Below, one piece after another: positions 38,645-51,353 of a stretch of DNA of 64,000 bases. The notes beneath the pieces were generated by a model that saw only the letters and a program-made list of their open reading frames with translations, was not told the origin of the DNA and searched no databases. The number at the start of each line of letters is the position of its first letter. Positions within the stretch are counted from its first letter, which is position 1. A program made the translations under genes and the position numbers. This DNA comes from Octopus vulgaris (taxonomy: Eukaryota), in the NCBI GenBank assembly GCA_951406725.2, contig OX597827.1, positions 63,860,001-63,924,000 on the forward strand, written 5' to 3'.

Positions 38645-39339
38645 CTTTAACATCTGCTTTCCATGCTAGCATGGGTTGGATGATTTGACTGAGGACTGGC
38701 GAACCAGATGGCTGCGCCAGGCTCCAATCCAATCTGGCAGAGTTTCTACAGCCAGATGCCCTTCCTAATGCCAACCACTCCGAGAGTGTAGTGGGTGCCT
38801 TTACGTGCCACCAGTACGGGGGCCAGTCTGGCGGTACTGGGAACGGCCACACTTGAAATGGTGTTTTTTACATGCCACCTGCACAGGGGTCAGTCCAGCG
38901 GCACTGGCAATGACATTGCTCAAAAGTTTTGTTCACATGCCACTGGCACAAGTGCCAGAAAGGCGACGCTGGTAACGATCATGCTCAAATGGTGCTTTTT
39001 ACGTGCCCACTGGCATGGAAGCCAGACTGCTGCTCTGGCAGTGATCCCAGTCGGATGGAGCTGTTAGCGCTCCACTGGCACGGGTGCCAGTCATTGAATT
39101 TGGTTCAATTTCGATTTCACTTGTCCCAACAGGTCTTCGCAAGCAGAGTTTTGTGTATAAAGAAGGAAAGGTATGTATAAGTGGGCTGGCTACATCCCTG
39201 GCATAGGCCACGGGTTATGGTCTCACTTGTCCTGCCGGGTCTTCTCACACACAGCATATTTCCAAAGGTCTCGATCACTAGTCATTGCCTCGGTGAGGCC
39301 TAATGTTCGAAGGTCATGCTTATTATTATTATTAATTAT

Positions 39340-39560
39340 CATTGCCTTTGCACAGCTCCTAACTCTGGAGATGTACTATGGTGTCAGCTGTTCAGTACCA
39401 GTGAACTAAGGTAACACCTCTTATTTTTCGAAGACCTTCCAGAGTATTCAAGCGGTTCCAAGCAGTGCTGTTTTCTGCAAGTGCTCAACCCTTATTGCAG
39501 CCCCTATTTGTTCCACGTACTTCTCGAGATTTTTGTTCACTGTTCCGAGGGCTCTGTCAG
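39340..39560 (-). mobile_element. R4/Dong-like RLE LINE 3' fragment
   Basis: The - strand encodes [34 protein letters not shown], followed by a (TAA)n tail. Confidence 0.7.
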
Positions 39561-39575
39561 ATTATTAATTATTAC

Positions 39576-39614
<39 letters not shown>

Positions 39615-39703
39615 CATCATCATCCTTGTTATTATTATTCGGCAGTCTTTTTTTTATCACGTGCTTTCACTGCACTACCGAGCATATGTATGTGTGTGTG
39701 TGC

Positions 39704-39734
<31 letters not shown>

Positions 39735-39778
39735 TATATATATATATACATATATATATGTATATATATATAAATATG

Positions 39779-39835
<57 letters not shown>

Positions 39836-39998
39836 ATTCATACATATACATATACATATATATATATATATATGTATATATAAATTTCTTTTTCTGTAAT
39901 AGATAAAATACAAGGCTGTGTAGATTTTAGAACATTTATAGATATATGTGTATATATATGCATATATATATATACATATAGATATATATATACATACA

Positions 39999-40032
<34 letters not shown>

Positions 40033-40136
40033 CATATGTATACATATACATACACACACATATATATATGTATATATACATATACATACAGACATATATA
40101 TATATATATATACATGCATATATATATATATACATG

Positions 40137-40183
<47 letters not shown>

Positions 40184-40591
40184 CTCAGGTACATGCCATC
40201 AATAATTCCTCAGGGTAGGCAGTTGGTGACCTTTATGTAATAAAACACACAAAAACTAAGCGAAGCACAAGCACATGACTGAGTTGAAGGCAGATTTATT
40301 TCTGCCTTTGTAGCACTATAGAAAACGGTATTGTAGGAATGTACGCTGCATGTGCACTACAGCAGTACTATGCGTAGCTTAAATACTGAGATTGAAAGGC
40401 AGGGGCAAATTATGCAGACCTAATCTAGGGAGAAAAAAAAAATATTTTGCATTTTATGCATAGTAATCAGCAACCTTCATAATTTTATTGAATGAGATGC
40501 ATATTTTGCCATAAAAGAAAAATGTTACTATTGATCTATTTTATTCAAGGTGGGTACTACCTACCTTGATTACCCAGGTGGCATGTCCCTG

Positions 40592-40637
<46 letters not shown>

Positions 40638-41006
40638 TCATCATCATCATCGTCATCGTTTAACGTCCGCTTTCCATGCTAGCATGGGTTGGACGGTTCA
40701 ACTGGGGTCTGGGAAGCCAGAAGGCTGCACCAGGCCCAGTTTGATCTGGCAATGTTTCTACGGCTGGATGCCCTTCCTAACACCAACCACTCCATGAGTG
40801 TAGTGGATGCTTTTTACGTGCCACCGGCACGAGGCCAGTCGGGGCGGTGCTGGCAACGGCCACAATTCAGATGGTTCTTTTACGTGCCACCGGCACTGGT
40901 AACTCAGCTGCAATTTCCATTGATCGATTTCGATTCTGATTCTCACTTGCCTCAACAGGTCTTCACAAGTAGAGTTTTGTGTCCCCAGAAGGGAAGGTAT
41001 GCATTA

Positions 41007-41320
41007 GGCACATGGCTCAGTGGTTAGAGTACTGAGCTTATAATTGTGAAGTTGTGAGTTTGATTCTCGGACTGTGCTGTGTGTTGTGTTCTTGAGCAAG
41101 ACACTTTATTTCACATTGCTCCAGTTCGCTCAGCTGTAGAAATGAGTTGTGATGTCATTGGTTGCCAAGCTGTATTGGCGTTTACCTTTTCCTTGGATAA
41201 CATCGGTGGCGTGGAGAGGAGAGGCTGATATGCATGGGTGACTGCTGGTCTTCCACAAAGAACCTTGGAGGGGAACTTTCTAGATACAATCCCATGGTCA
41301 TTCATGACCGAAGGGTCCTT
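41007..41320 (+). mobile_element. tRNA-derived SINE (family D)
   Basis: Head ggcacatggctcagtggttagag...gagtttgattct, then gtgttcttgagcaagacacttt; second copy at 60968-61297. Confidence 0.75.
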
Positions 41321-41427
41321 TACATATATATATATATATAATATATATAAATTTGTAGTATAAGATATGGATTTAGAGACTTGTGTCGCTATCACAGAAA
41401 GCTCCTCTAATGGACTCAGCTATGGTT

Positions 41428-41460
<33 letters not shown>

Positions 41461-42439
41461 ATCTTTGTATTTGTGTTTGTCCACCACTTGATGATCAGTG
41501 TTGGTTTGTTCACATCCCTGTTACATAGCAGTTCAGTAAGGGAGGTTGATAGGAAAAAGGATATATTTCATAGTGTATTCCTAGATAGATTATCTGTAGA
41601 AAAAGAAAAGTAGTATTTATGGATTTGCTGTGGTTCAAATGCTTCTGATTGTAGACTTACTTACTTGATTATGTCTGAATGCTAACAGAGGCAAAACAAG
41701 GAAGCCTCTAAGTAGTCATTCTGCCTGCTAGAAATAACAGTAAAACTTTGATTCAAATCACATCTTACCTTCTTAAAAAAAAGGACAGATAAATTGGATG
41801 ATATTGTATGAAATAAATCATACCTGTAAAAAAATACTAGATTATCAGTTGCAGCATCCTTAAGTATAGTTTTACCAGGGCAAGGCTTGCTCACAGCCTT
41901 ACTTGATCAAGGCCTGTTCATGGGTCAACTTGATCACAGTTTAATTACAAGTCAGCTTGATCTGGGCTTCATCATAAGTCAACTTGATGCAGGCTTGTAA
42001 ATAGCTCTACTTGATCTGAGCTAGATCACATGTTTAATTGATCAAAGATTAATCATAAGTCTAATTTGATCAAGCTTAATGAAAGATTTTCTTGCCTAGA
42101 TCTGAAGGTTGATTAACAAGAGATAAAGAACAACAAGAAAAATAAAAAGTAAACCTCTACATTTTCACTTGATCTGCTAAACAATACAACCAACTATCCT
42201 TCAGATCATCACCTACTATTTTAAAGCAAAAAAAAAAAAATATTCAGAAATTGTAATTCTAGACACAGGATTTCTGACAGTGAGACAGACTGCTTTGCTG
42301 GATCAGGATTTGACGAATAATGTTTCAAATTTCAGACCATCCAAATATGACCACTCCCTCTCAAATTTGGCTTCTTGGCAAACCTAAGCATAGATATATT
42401 TATTGACAATAACAGTCTTATTGTCATGCTAACAAATCA

Positions 42440-42440
<1 letters not shown>

Positions 42441-42533
<93 letters not shown>

Positions 42534-42534
42534 T

Positions 42535-42572
<38 letters not shown>

Positions 42573-42595
42573 TTACTACTACTGCTACTACTACA
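42441..42595 (+). repeat. (CTG)n/(CTA)n microsatellite
   Basis: About 50 trinucleotide units; the source of the poly-L ORF 42375..42668. Confidence 0.95.
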
Positions 42596-43035
42596 AGATG
42601 TATACATTCATATATTAATTAAAAAGTCATATTGTATAATTAGGCACATTTTTTTCCTCTTCAATTAATTTTTATCCTTTACTTTTTTTCTTTCTTCAAG
42701 ACAACTTGATTACGATGGGGTTGACCTGAAATACAGGTGAGTTTCATATATGTACATATCTATATGCATATATGTGTGTATGTGTGTGTATATATATATA
42801 TGCATATATATATATATATATATATATATGTATACATATATATACATATATATATATATACATACACATACATGCATAGATATATATACACATACATAGA
42901 TATATATATAAACATAAATACACACACTCACACATTAATGTGCTCAAACAACAAACACCAAAGTACTCAAGATTCATTGCATAGAGTTTGAACTATTAAA
43001 CTGTTGGTGACTATCTTGAGTTTCATAACATACAC

Positions 43036-43795
43036 ACATCATCATCATCATCATCATCTAATGTCTGTTTTCCATGCTAGCATGGGTTGGACAGTTTGAC
43101 CGGGGTCTGGGAAGCCAGGAGGCTGCACCAGGCTCCAGTGTGATCTGGCAGTGTTTCTACAGCTGGATGCCCTTCCTAACACCAACCACTCTGTGAGTCT
43201 AGTGGGTGCTTTTTAAGTGCCACCGGCACAAGGGCCAGAGGAGGCTGGCAACAGCCATGATTGGTTGGTGCTTTTTATATGCCACCAGCACAAAAGCAAG
43301 TCAAGGCGACGTTCGGATGGTGCTTTTTACGTGCAACTACAATTTCTATTTGATTTTTATTTTGATGTTGATGTACTTGACTCAATAGGTTTCCTCAAGC
43401 ACAGCAGGTCACCCTACAATCCAAGGTAAGCACAGCAGGCCGTCCTGCGATCCAAGGTAAGCACAGCAGGCCGTTCTGCGATCCAAGTTACTTTGGATGG
43501 GCTGGGGCTGGTTATGTGAAGCTGGTGCAGGAAACAGCCATGAACTCACATTATTTGTTGTGTCTGTGCTGTCACAGCATATCTACAGAGGTCTCAGTCT
43601 TTCGTCATTGCCTCTGTGAGGCCCAACGTTCGATGGTCATACTTGACCACCTCATCCCATGTCTTCCTGGGTCTACCTCTACCCCGAATTCCTTCAACTG
43701 TTTGGGAGTGGCACTTCACACATCTCTCCTCATCCATCCATAATACATGACCATACCAGCGCAAACATCTCTCTTGCGTACCACATCCAATGCTT
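43036..43795 (-). mobile_element. 5'-truncated RTE-clade LINE
   Basis: The end of ORF 43594..44208 reads LRWYGHVLWMDEERCVK...VEGIRGRGRPRKTWDEVVKYD...GLTEAMTKD, a classic RTE ORF C-terminus; (GAT)n tail at ~43036. Confidence 0.88.
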
Positions 43796-43818
43796 CTTAT
43801 GTTGTATATATAAATATG

Positions 43819-43876
<58 letters not shown>

Positions 43877-44282
43877 TAGTATATATATGTGTGTGTATAT
43901 ATATATAGCTGTGTTGTAAGAAGTTTGCTTCCCAAGCACATGTTTCGTGATTCAGTCCCACTGCGTGGCACCTCGGTCAAGTGCATTCTACTATAGCCTA
44001 GGACCGATGAAGGACATGCGAGTGGATTTGGTAAATGGAATGTGAAAGAAGACTCGTGTGTGTGTGTGTCTTTGTGTCTGTTTTTGTTCCCTACAGCCAC
44101 TTGACAACTGATGTTGGTGTGTTTATGCCCCCTTAACTCAACGGTTTGCCAAAAGAGAGTGACATGATAAGAACCAGGTTTTACAAAAACTAGAAATACT
44201 AGGGTCAATTCATTTGACTAAATATACATATATACACACACATATATATATATACATATTCCTATATATTTATACATATATG

Positions 44283-44335
<53 letters not shown>

Positions 44336-44428
44336 TTATACATACATATATATATAGATATGTTTGTATTTATGTGTGTATATATTTATTTGTGGGTTTA
44401 TGTATATATATATATGTATATGTGTGTG

Positions 44429-44461
<33 letters not shown>

Positions 44462-45648
44462 ATGGACAAACACACCATATGACATCTTACATATATATGT
44501 GTATGTGTACACAGAAACACACACACCACAATATGAAGACATTTACCAGAAATCATTTTCTCTTAAGTTTTTCACAATTCATTGAAGCTAGAAAGATACA
44601 AGATGAAGATGGCAAAGTTTACCTTGGTAGGACTTGAACTGAGAATGTAATGAGGTGGAAAAAAATAGTACACGGCATGTTATATGAAGCTCTAATGATT
44701 CTGCTAATCCGCACTCTAAAAACTCTTAGTTATAATATGTGTTGCGTTTGTGTGTATGTCTGTGCGTATGTGTGGTTAAATCACATGGTTCTATGTTCAG
44801 TCCCACCGTGTGGCACCTTGGGCAAGTGTCTTCTGCTATAGCCTTGGACCAACCAAAGCCTTGAGAGTGGATTTGGTAGATGGAAACTGAAAGAAGCCCG
44901 TCGCATATATGTGTATATATATGAATGTCTGTGTATATGTTTGTGTGTCTATGTTTGTGCCCCCAACATTGCTTGACAACCTATGCCGGTATGTTTACGT
45001 CCCCGTAACTTAGCGTTTCGGCAAAAGTCATCGATAGAATAAGTACAAAGAATAAGTCCTGGGGGCAACTTGCTCGACTAAAGGCCATGCTCCAGCATGG
45101 CCACAGTCAAATGACTGAAACAAGTAAAAGAGAGTATGTTAGTCCATACCTGTGTTTTACTTTTTTTCTTTTATCTCACACCACCAAAGTTGTTAGGTAT
45201 GAGCCTTTATTGACATATTAGGAATGAAGTCCTTTTTAATGTTGTTTAATAAAAGTTTGGTTGTTAGTCAATAGTGTGTATGTGTTTATATGTGAGATAG
45301 AAATAATAGACTTACAAACACATAGGTACATATGCATGTAGATAGAGAGGTAGACAGGTATGTAGATAGACAGACAAACAGACATAAATTGCTAGCTATA
45401 TATGTAGGTAGATAGACAGACAGACAAACAGACAGATAAGTTTCTTTATTGGCCACACAGGGCTGCACACAGATGGGACAAGTTACAAGGTAGAGCTTTT
45501 CTTTTGGGGGATGAAAAAAACAAAGGAAACAAAAAAAAGGTGGCGTAGGTTTTCGATGAAAAGAGATCGTAAAAGGGAAAAAAAGAACAAAAAATAAAAA
45601 AAAAGGAACAAAAGAAAAGAGAAATGAAAAAAAGGGGGGGGGACAGAC

Positions 45649-45679
<31 letters not shown>

Positions 45680-45800
45680 CAATAAGGTAAATATATAAAT
45701 AGATAGACTGATAGACAAACAGATAGATTAAGAAATAAATAGGTAAATCATTATTTATTCAACTTAATTATATATTCCCATTATCTGCTTTCTTTTTCAG

Positions 45801-45961
45801 ATGCCCAACACCAGGCTGTGATGGCTCTGGACACGCAAATGGCAGTTTCCTTTCTCATCGAAGTCTATCAGGTTGCCCAAGGGCAACCCAAGCTATGAAA
45901 AAGGCAAGACTTAGTTCTGCTGAGCTGAATTCTCTACAAATGAAAGTTCAAGCTGGACATG
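45801..45961 (+). CDS. MYT1: Myt1-like coding exon D (last C2HC finger)
   Basis: Acceptor ctttttcag and donor gtaagt at 45962; 161 bp, phase 2-1. Translates [53 protein letters not shown]. Confidence 0.96.
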
Positions 45962-46559
45962 GTAAGTCAGCTGGTTGTTTTTTTTTTCTTTTCCTTCATA
46001 TTTTCTTTCCAATTTGCTTCACAATGCATGTGCTCACATACGTATACATACACACACACACAAATGCAAATCTGTGGTATTGAGCAGAATATTTGCTGTA
46101 GCCTATCTTTTATACTAAGACAAAACAATGTACATGATAACACTTCCACTCAGTTAAAATCAGAAACCATGAGAGCCACTGCCTGGTATTGTATCAGGGC
46201 TATTATTATTATTTATTCATTTATGTTGCGCCCTTTTCAAGCCTAGCCAGACTCATGGGCCCGGTTTCCTGGTTTCTGTGGCGTATGTGTTCCCCCCAGC
46301 TGGACAGGGTGCCAGTCCATAGCAGCGTTACTCAAGAAACAGGAAGAGAGAGTGAGAGAAAGTTGGGGTAAAAGAGTACAACAGAGTTCGCCACCGCCCC
46401 CTGCCAGAGCCTCGTGGAGCTCTAGGTGTTTTCGCTAAATAAACACACACAATGCTCGGTCTGGGAATCGAAACTGCGATCCTCCAACCGCAAGTCCGCT
46501 GACCTAACCACTGGGCCATTGCACCTCCACATTATTATTATTATTACTATTATTATTAT

Positions 46560-46930
46560 TATCATTATCATTAGTTGATGAAAACTCTCAGATTATTTTG
46601 CTGGCAAGCGTCAGCTGTCATAGCCAGCAGACTAAGGTGACACTTGTCTACTGATAATGTTTCAAGAACCCTGCGAAAAACTCTCACAGTTCCAAGCAAT
46701 GATGACTTTTGTTGGTGTTCTACCTTCACACTTGCACCAATCCTTTCCAGCCATGTTGGTAGTTGAGTTCTGATACTTCCAAGTGCACCAATCACTATTG
46801 ATATCCTATCCGCTCTCTTCATTCACCTTGACCTTCATATTTCCTACTTCAAACCATCATAGATGTTCAGTTCTTCTTTCTCTTTGATCCTGTTGTCACA
46901 AGAACATGCAATGTCAGCTATCACACAAGT
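46560..46930 (-). mobile_element. R4/Dong-like RLE LINE 3' fragment
   Basis: ORF 46571..46822 reads IVIGALGSI...QKSSLLGTVRVFRRVLE, with a (TAA)n tail at 46531-46570. A second related fragment at ~47010-47190 reads LLQKVCLLRTGKIIRRVL. Confidence 0.8.
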
Positions 46931-47469
46931 TTTTTTTCCCTTTTTTTGTTCACCACAAATTATTGTCATTCATTTGATTCTGGTTCATTCTTATTCTTGG
47001 CAGAGTTTATGTGGATAGTAGGTTGTTCCCTGTAACCTTAGGTATCCACAACCACTCAATAGTCTTTCAAGTGCTTAAGACTCTCCTGATAATCTTTCCT
47101 GTCCTTAACAGGCAAACTTTCTGTAGAAGCTCTATAGGGCATTCTATTCCAATCTCCTTCAATTATTTGTCCATATCTTTGCTTACAGTTCCATAATCAC
47201 CATCATCATCATCATTATTATTATGATTATTCTGGTTAAGTGATGAGCTGGCAGAATTGTTAGCATGCTGGGTAGAATGTTTAGTGACATTTTGTTCATC
47301 TTTACATTCTGAGTTCAAATTCTGCCAAGGTCAACTTTACCTATCATTCTTTCAGGGTCGATGAAATAAGTACCAGTTATGCAGTTGGGTCAATGTAATC
47401 GACTTGCCCTCTCCCCCAAAATCTCAGGCCTTGTGCCTATAGTAGAAAGTATTATTTTTATTATTATTA

Positions 47470-48025
47470 TTGAGTGAGAGAGCAGTGCATGCCATCAAAG
47501 TGACACTGGGGTAAAATATACGAAGCCCAATATACCCATCATGACTACCCGTCTGATAAAGGTACACCAGGCACATGCATCACAACCATATGTGCGCGAC
47601 ATGGTGATCTCATATCAAGATAAACAGCGCATGACCTTGCAGGTGGGGCCCAGTTAGAATTTTCTTCAGGTTGAGTAGCCCATCCCGCTCAAAAGGTCCC
47701 TGAATAAGGGTTGTTTACGGATGTTGAAAGAACCACCCATGTTTCCAGAGGTGAATTATTCAAACCCCAAAGAATCCCTCTCAACACATGGCTATGATGC
47801 TCCCCCACTACTTCTGCTCGTGATCAGAGATGCACATATCGTCAGCCACTAAGGGACATGCTCAACTGGTTAAGGTCAAACAACTGATAAGCAAATCTGT
47901 GGTATTGAGCAGAATATTTGCTGTAGCCCATCTTTTATACCAAGACAAAACAATGTACATGATAACACTTCCAATCAGTTAAGATCAGAAGCCATGAGAG
48001 CCACTTCCTGGTACTGCATCAGGGC

Positions 48026-48074
<49 letters not shown>
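47470..48074 (+). mobile_element. Unclassified interspersed repeat with (ATT)n tail abutting the last exon's acceptor
   Basis: Its 3' ~135 bp (gcaaatctgtggtattgagcagaatatttgctgtagcc...catcagggc + (att)n) is repeated at 46066-46212. Confidence 0.65.
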
Positions 48075-48076
<2 letters not shown>

Positions 48077-48106
48077 AATTTTTTTTCTCAATTCTTTCTC
48101 TTGCAG

Positions 48107-48498
48107 ATCTTGAAAATGCAGAGGACATGATCGAAATAGAGAATGAAATCGAAGACCTGAAGAAAGCTAACAGGCATGCAGAAACAGAGGTGATTAAACT
48201 GCGTGCAGAGATCACATGTTTGGAAAACAAAATACGCCTGCAAGAGCAGGAAAACTCGAGCGTCTGCGAAAAGAATCAGCATTTGCAGGAATACGTGCAG
48301 TTGATGCGTTCAAAGATTATCTCATGTCTACAGAATGTACAAGTGCCACAAATAGAGGAAGCAATCAGTGAGGAGAACTTCGACAATTATATTGGCAAAA
48401 TACAGACACTGTGCACAAACAAGACAAATGACAATCATGCCCTGTTCACAGTTATTAAATGCGCCATTGCAGAGATTAGCTATCTACGGAAGATTTAG
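48107..48498 (+). CDS. MYT1: Myt1-like terminal coding exon (C-terminal coiled-coil domain, stop TAG)
   Basis: Acceptor ctcttgcag ends at 48106, phase 1. Translates (D)[49 protein letters not shown]...[16 protein letters not shown]...[13 protein letters not shown]. The heptad pattern and EENFDxY motif match the MYT1/MYT1L C-terminus; overlaps ORF 48127..48498. Confidence 0.94.
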
Positions 48499-48551
48499 GC
48501 GCTCTACTGTGCAAAGCAAGCATCCCCAAATCCCACCGACACTGAATATAC

Positions 48552-48601
<50 letters not shown>

Positions 48602-48862
48602 GTATGTATGTATTTGTATATGTATATGTATATATGCATACATACACACATATATATATATGTATGTGTGTATATATATGTATATATATATACACACACA
48701 CACGTAAACATATCCACACATGCCTATATCTATAGATATGTATGTGAGAGTATATATAAAAATATATGTGTATATAAGGTTATATATTTCCATACACACA
48801 TGGATGGTTCTATATATGCATATATATGTATATATTGATTTATAAATATATATATATGTATG

Positions 48863-48914
<52 letters not shown>

Positions 48915-49482
48915 TATATATATATAAATATATATATATACATATATATACACACACACATATACATGTATATATATGCACACACACAAACACATAAAAT
49001 ATGTGTGTGTGCATATATATATATATATATATACATATATATTGTGTGTGTATGCATGCATACATACATACGTACATTCATACATATATAAACCACGGGA
49101 ATGACTGAAAATAATTATAGTACTAAAATAATAACAACAACAATAATAATAGTAAAAGAAAAACCAAGCTTCTTTTTAAATGACATTAACAAAAACAACA
49201 TGAACAATGATTGATAATAATAATACAAATAATAATAATGATAATAAAAATAATAATAATTTTGTCAGTTATTGGCCACACCACAGTGACATTGACAATA
49301 AGAACTACATTGTGTTAAGCAAAACGTTAAACAGCGGTCATTTAAATTTATGATTATTCTCAAATTTTTAACAACAGTTACATATTTAGATAAATTTTTA
49401 ACTGTACCATTAGTCAGGTTGTGAGGGGAGGATTTTATTTGAAATATATGTATATATATATATGTGTATATGTGTGTTTGTG

Positions 49483-49557
<75 letters not shown>

Positions 49558-49570
49558 GTATGTATGTATG

Positions 49571-49612
<42 letters not shown>

Positions 49613-49852
49613 TATAGTGAGATATATTTGTATATATAGATTTTTATTATATATTTACATATATATGTGTGTATGTATATGTATATATATATATGTATGT
49701 ATATATATGTATATATCTATATATATATATATATATATATATACGTATATACATATATATATATGCATGTATGTAGATGCGTGTGTGCATATGCATATAA
49801 GTAAATTTGTATTTATCTATCTAGCTATCTTTCTATATATATATATATATCC

Positions 49853-49888
<36 letters not shown>

Positions 49889-49963
49889 ACACACATAAAC
49901 AGCATGTATATCACTCCCATGTTCTGTGATAATTGAACTGAGGCTGGAACACACACACACACA

Positions 49964-50019
<56 letters not shown>

Positions 50020-51120
50020 CAAACACACACACCCATATCATAATAATATTCATCATCAAAATATATTAATTAGAAGAGAAAATATGAAATCCAGTAAAAA
50101 GATAAATAAATGAACTTTGAAAAGAAATCGTAGGGCAGAGAAAAATCAAAACAGTGGTGTTATGAAATGGCCAAGACAATGAAGGGAGCGGGTTGTTAAA
50201 AAACAAAGAATGGGAAAATGGAAAAGAAACATCTGGAATTTTTAAAAAATGAAAGGATTTTACGTGAAAAGAAAAAAAAAAGAAGATAAAAGAGACAATG
50301 GACTGCAGAAGTAACAACAACAATGATAATAACAACCACAGCAGCAGGAAATGCAAATAATGATGGTATTAGTAATAATAATAATTATAATGATGATGAT
50401 TTCTTTATTGTTACAAGGAGAGCAAATGTGTGAAGGAACACCAACAGAATGATGATATATCTATATCTATACATATGTATATATCTATATCTATAAATAT
50501 ACATATAGAGTAGATATGAGAGAGTTACAATGGGTAGGAGGAGGATGAAGATGATGTTGTTTATGAAGAGACCAGAAAACATGAAAAAAAATAAATAAAT
50601 AAAACATTCAAAAGACTTAAAATGAAAAGTGAGCCGGGGGGGGGGAATGGGTGAATAGACAGAAAATTTCCCAGAAAAAAAAAATGGAAACAGAATGAAA
50701 GTAAAAGTGAATATACAAAAGACAGTACATGAGAAAAGGAACTGAAGGAAAAAAAAATTTGGTGAGTGGGGGCGGAGGGGGGTGTTGGAAAGAAGATACA
50801 GTAAGGAGTAAAAAAAAAAAAATAATAATAATAATAATAATTTGTCAGAGGAAAAAACGATTTGAAATTGTTTTAAAAATTTGATAAATGATGAAAAAAA
50901 AAAAACAAATGAAGATCAATACGGAAAAAGAAAAAATAGAAACTATATTGATTTTTAGAAAACCTGAGACAATAACTTTTCAGTATTCATACTCACATAT
51001 ACATAAACACACTCACACACACACATACATACACATACATCCATCTATGTACATATGTTTCTGTTTTATATATATCTGTGTGTGTGTGTGCGTGTATATA
51101 TATATATATCTGTGTGAGTG

Positions 51121-51151
<31 letters not shown>

Positions 51152-51296
51152 GTGTGCATGTACACGTACACGCACACACACACATATATATATATGTATA
51201 TTCATTTATATATCTGTGCATTTATGTATATATATATGTATAGCTCTTATATGCATAAAGATATATATACACACACACACACACACACATATATAC

Positions 51297-51353
<57 letters not shown>

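Noticed and set aside
48127-48498. Stand-alone 123-aa coiled-coil gene
   Set aside because: It is the terminal exon of the Myt1-like gene; the frame opens at the acceptor at 48107 and the ATG is internal.
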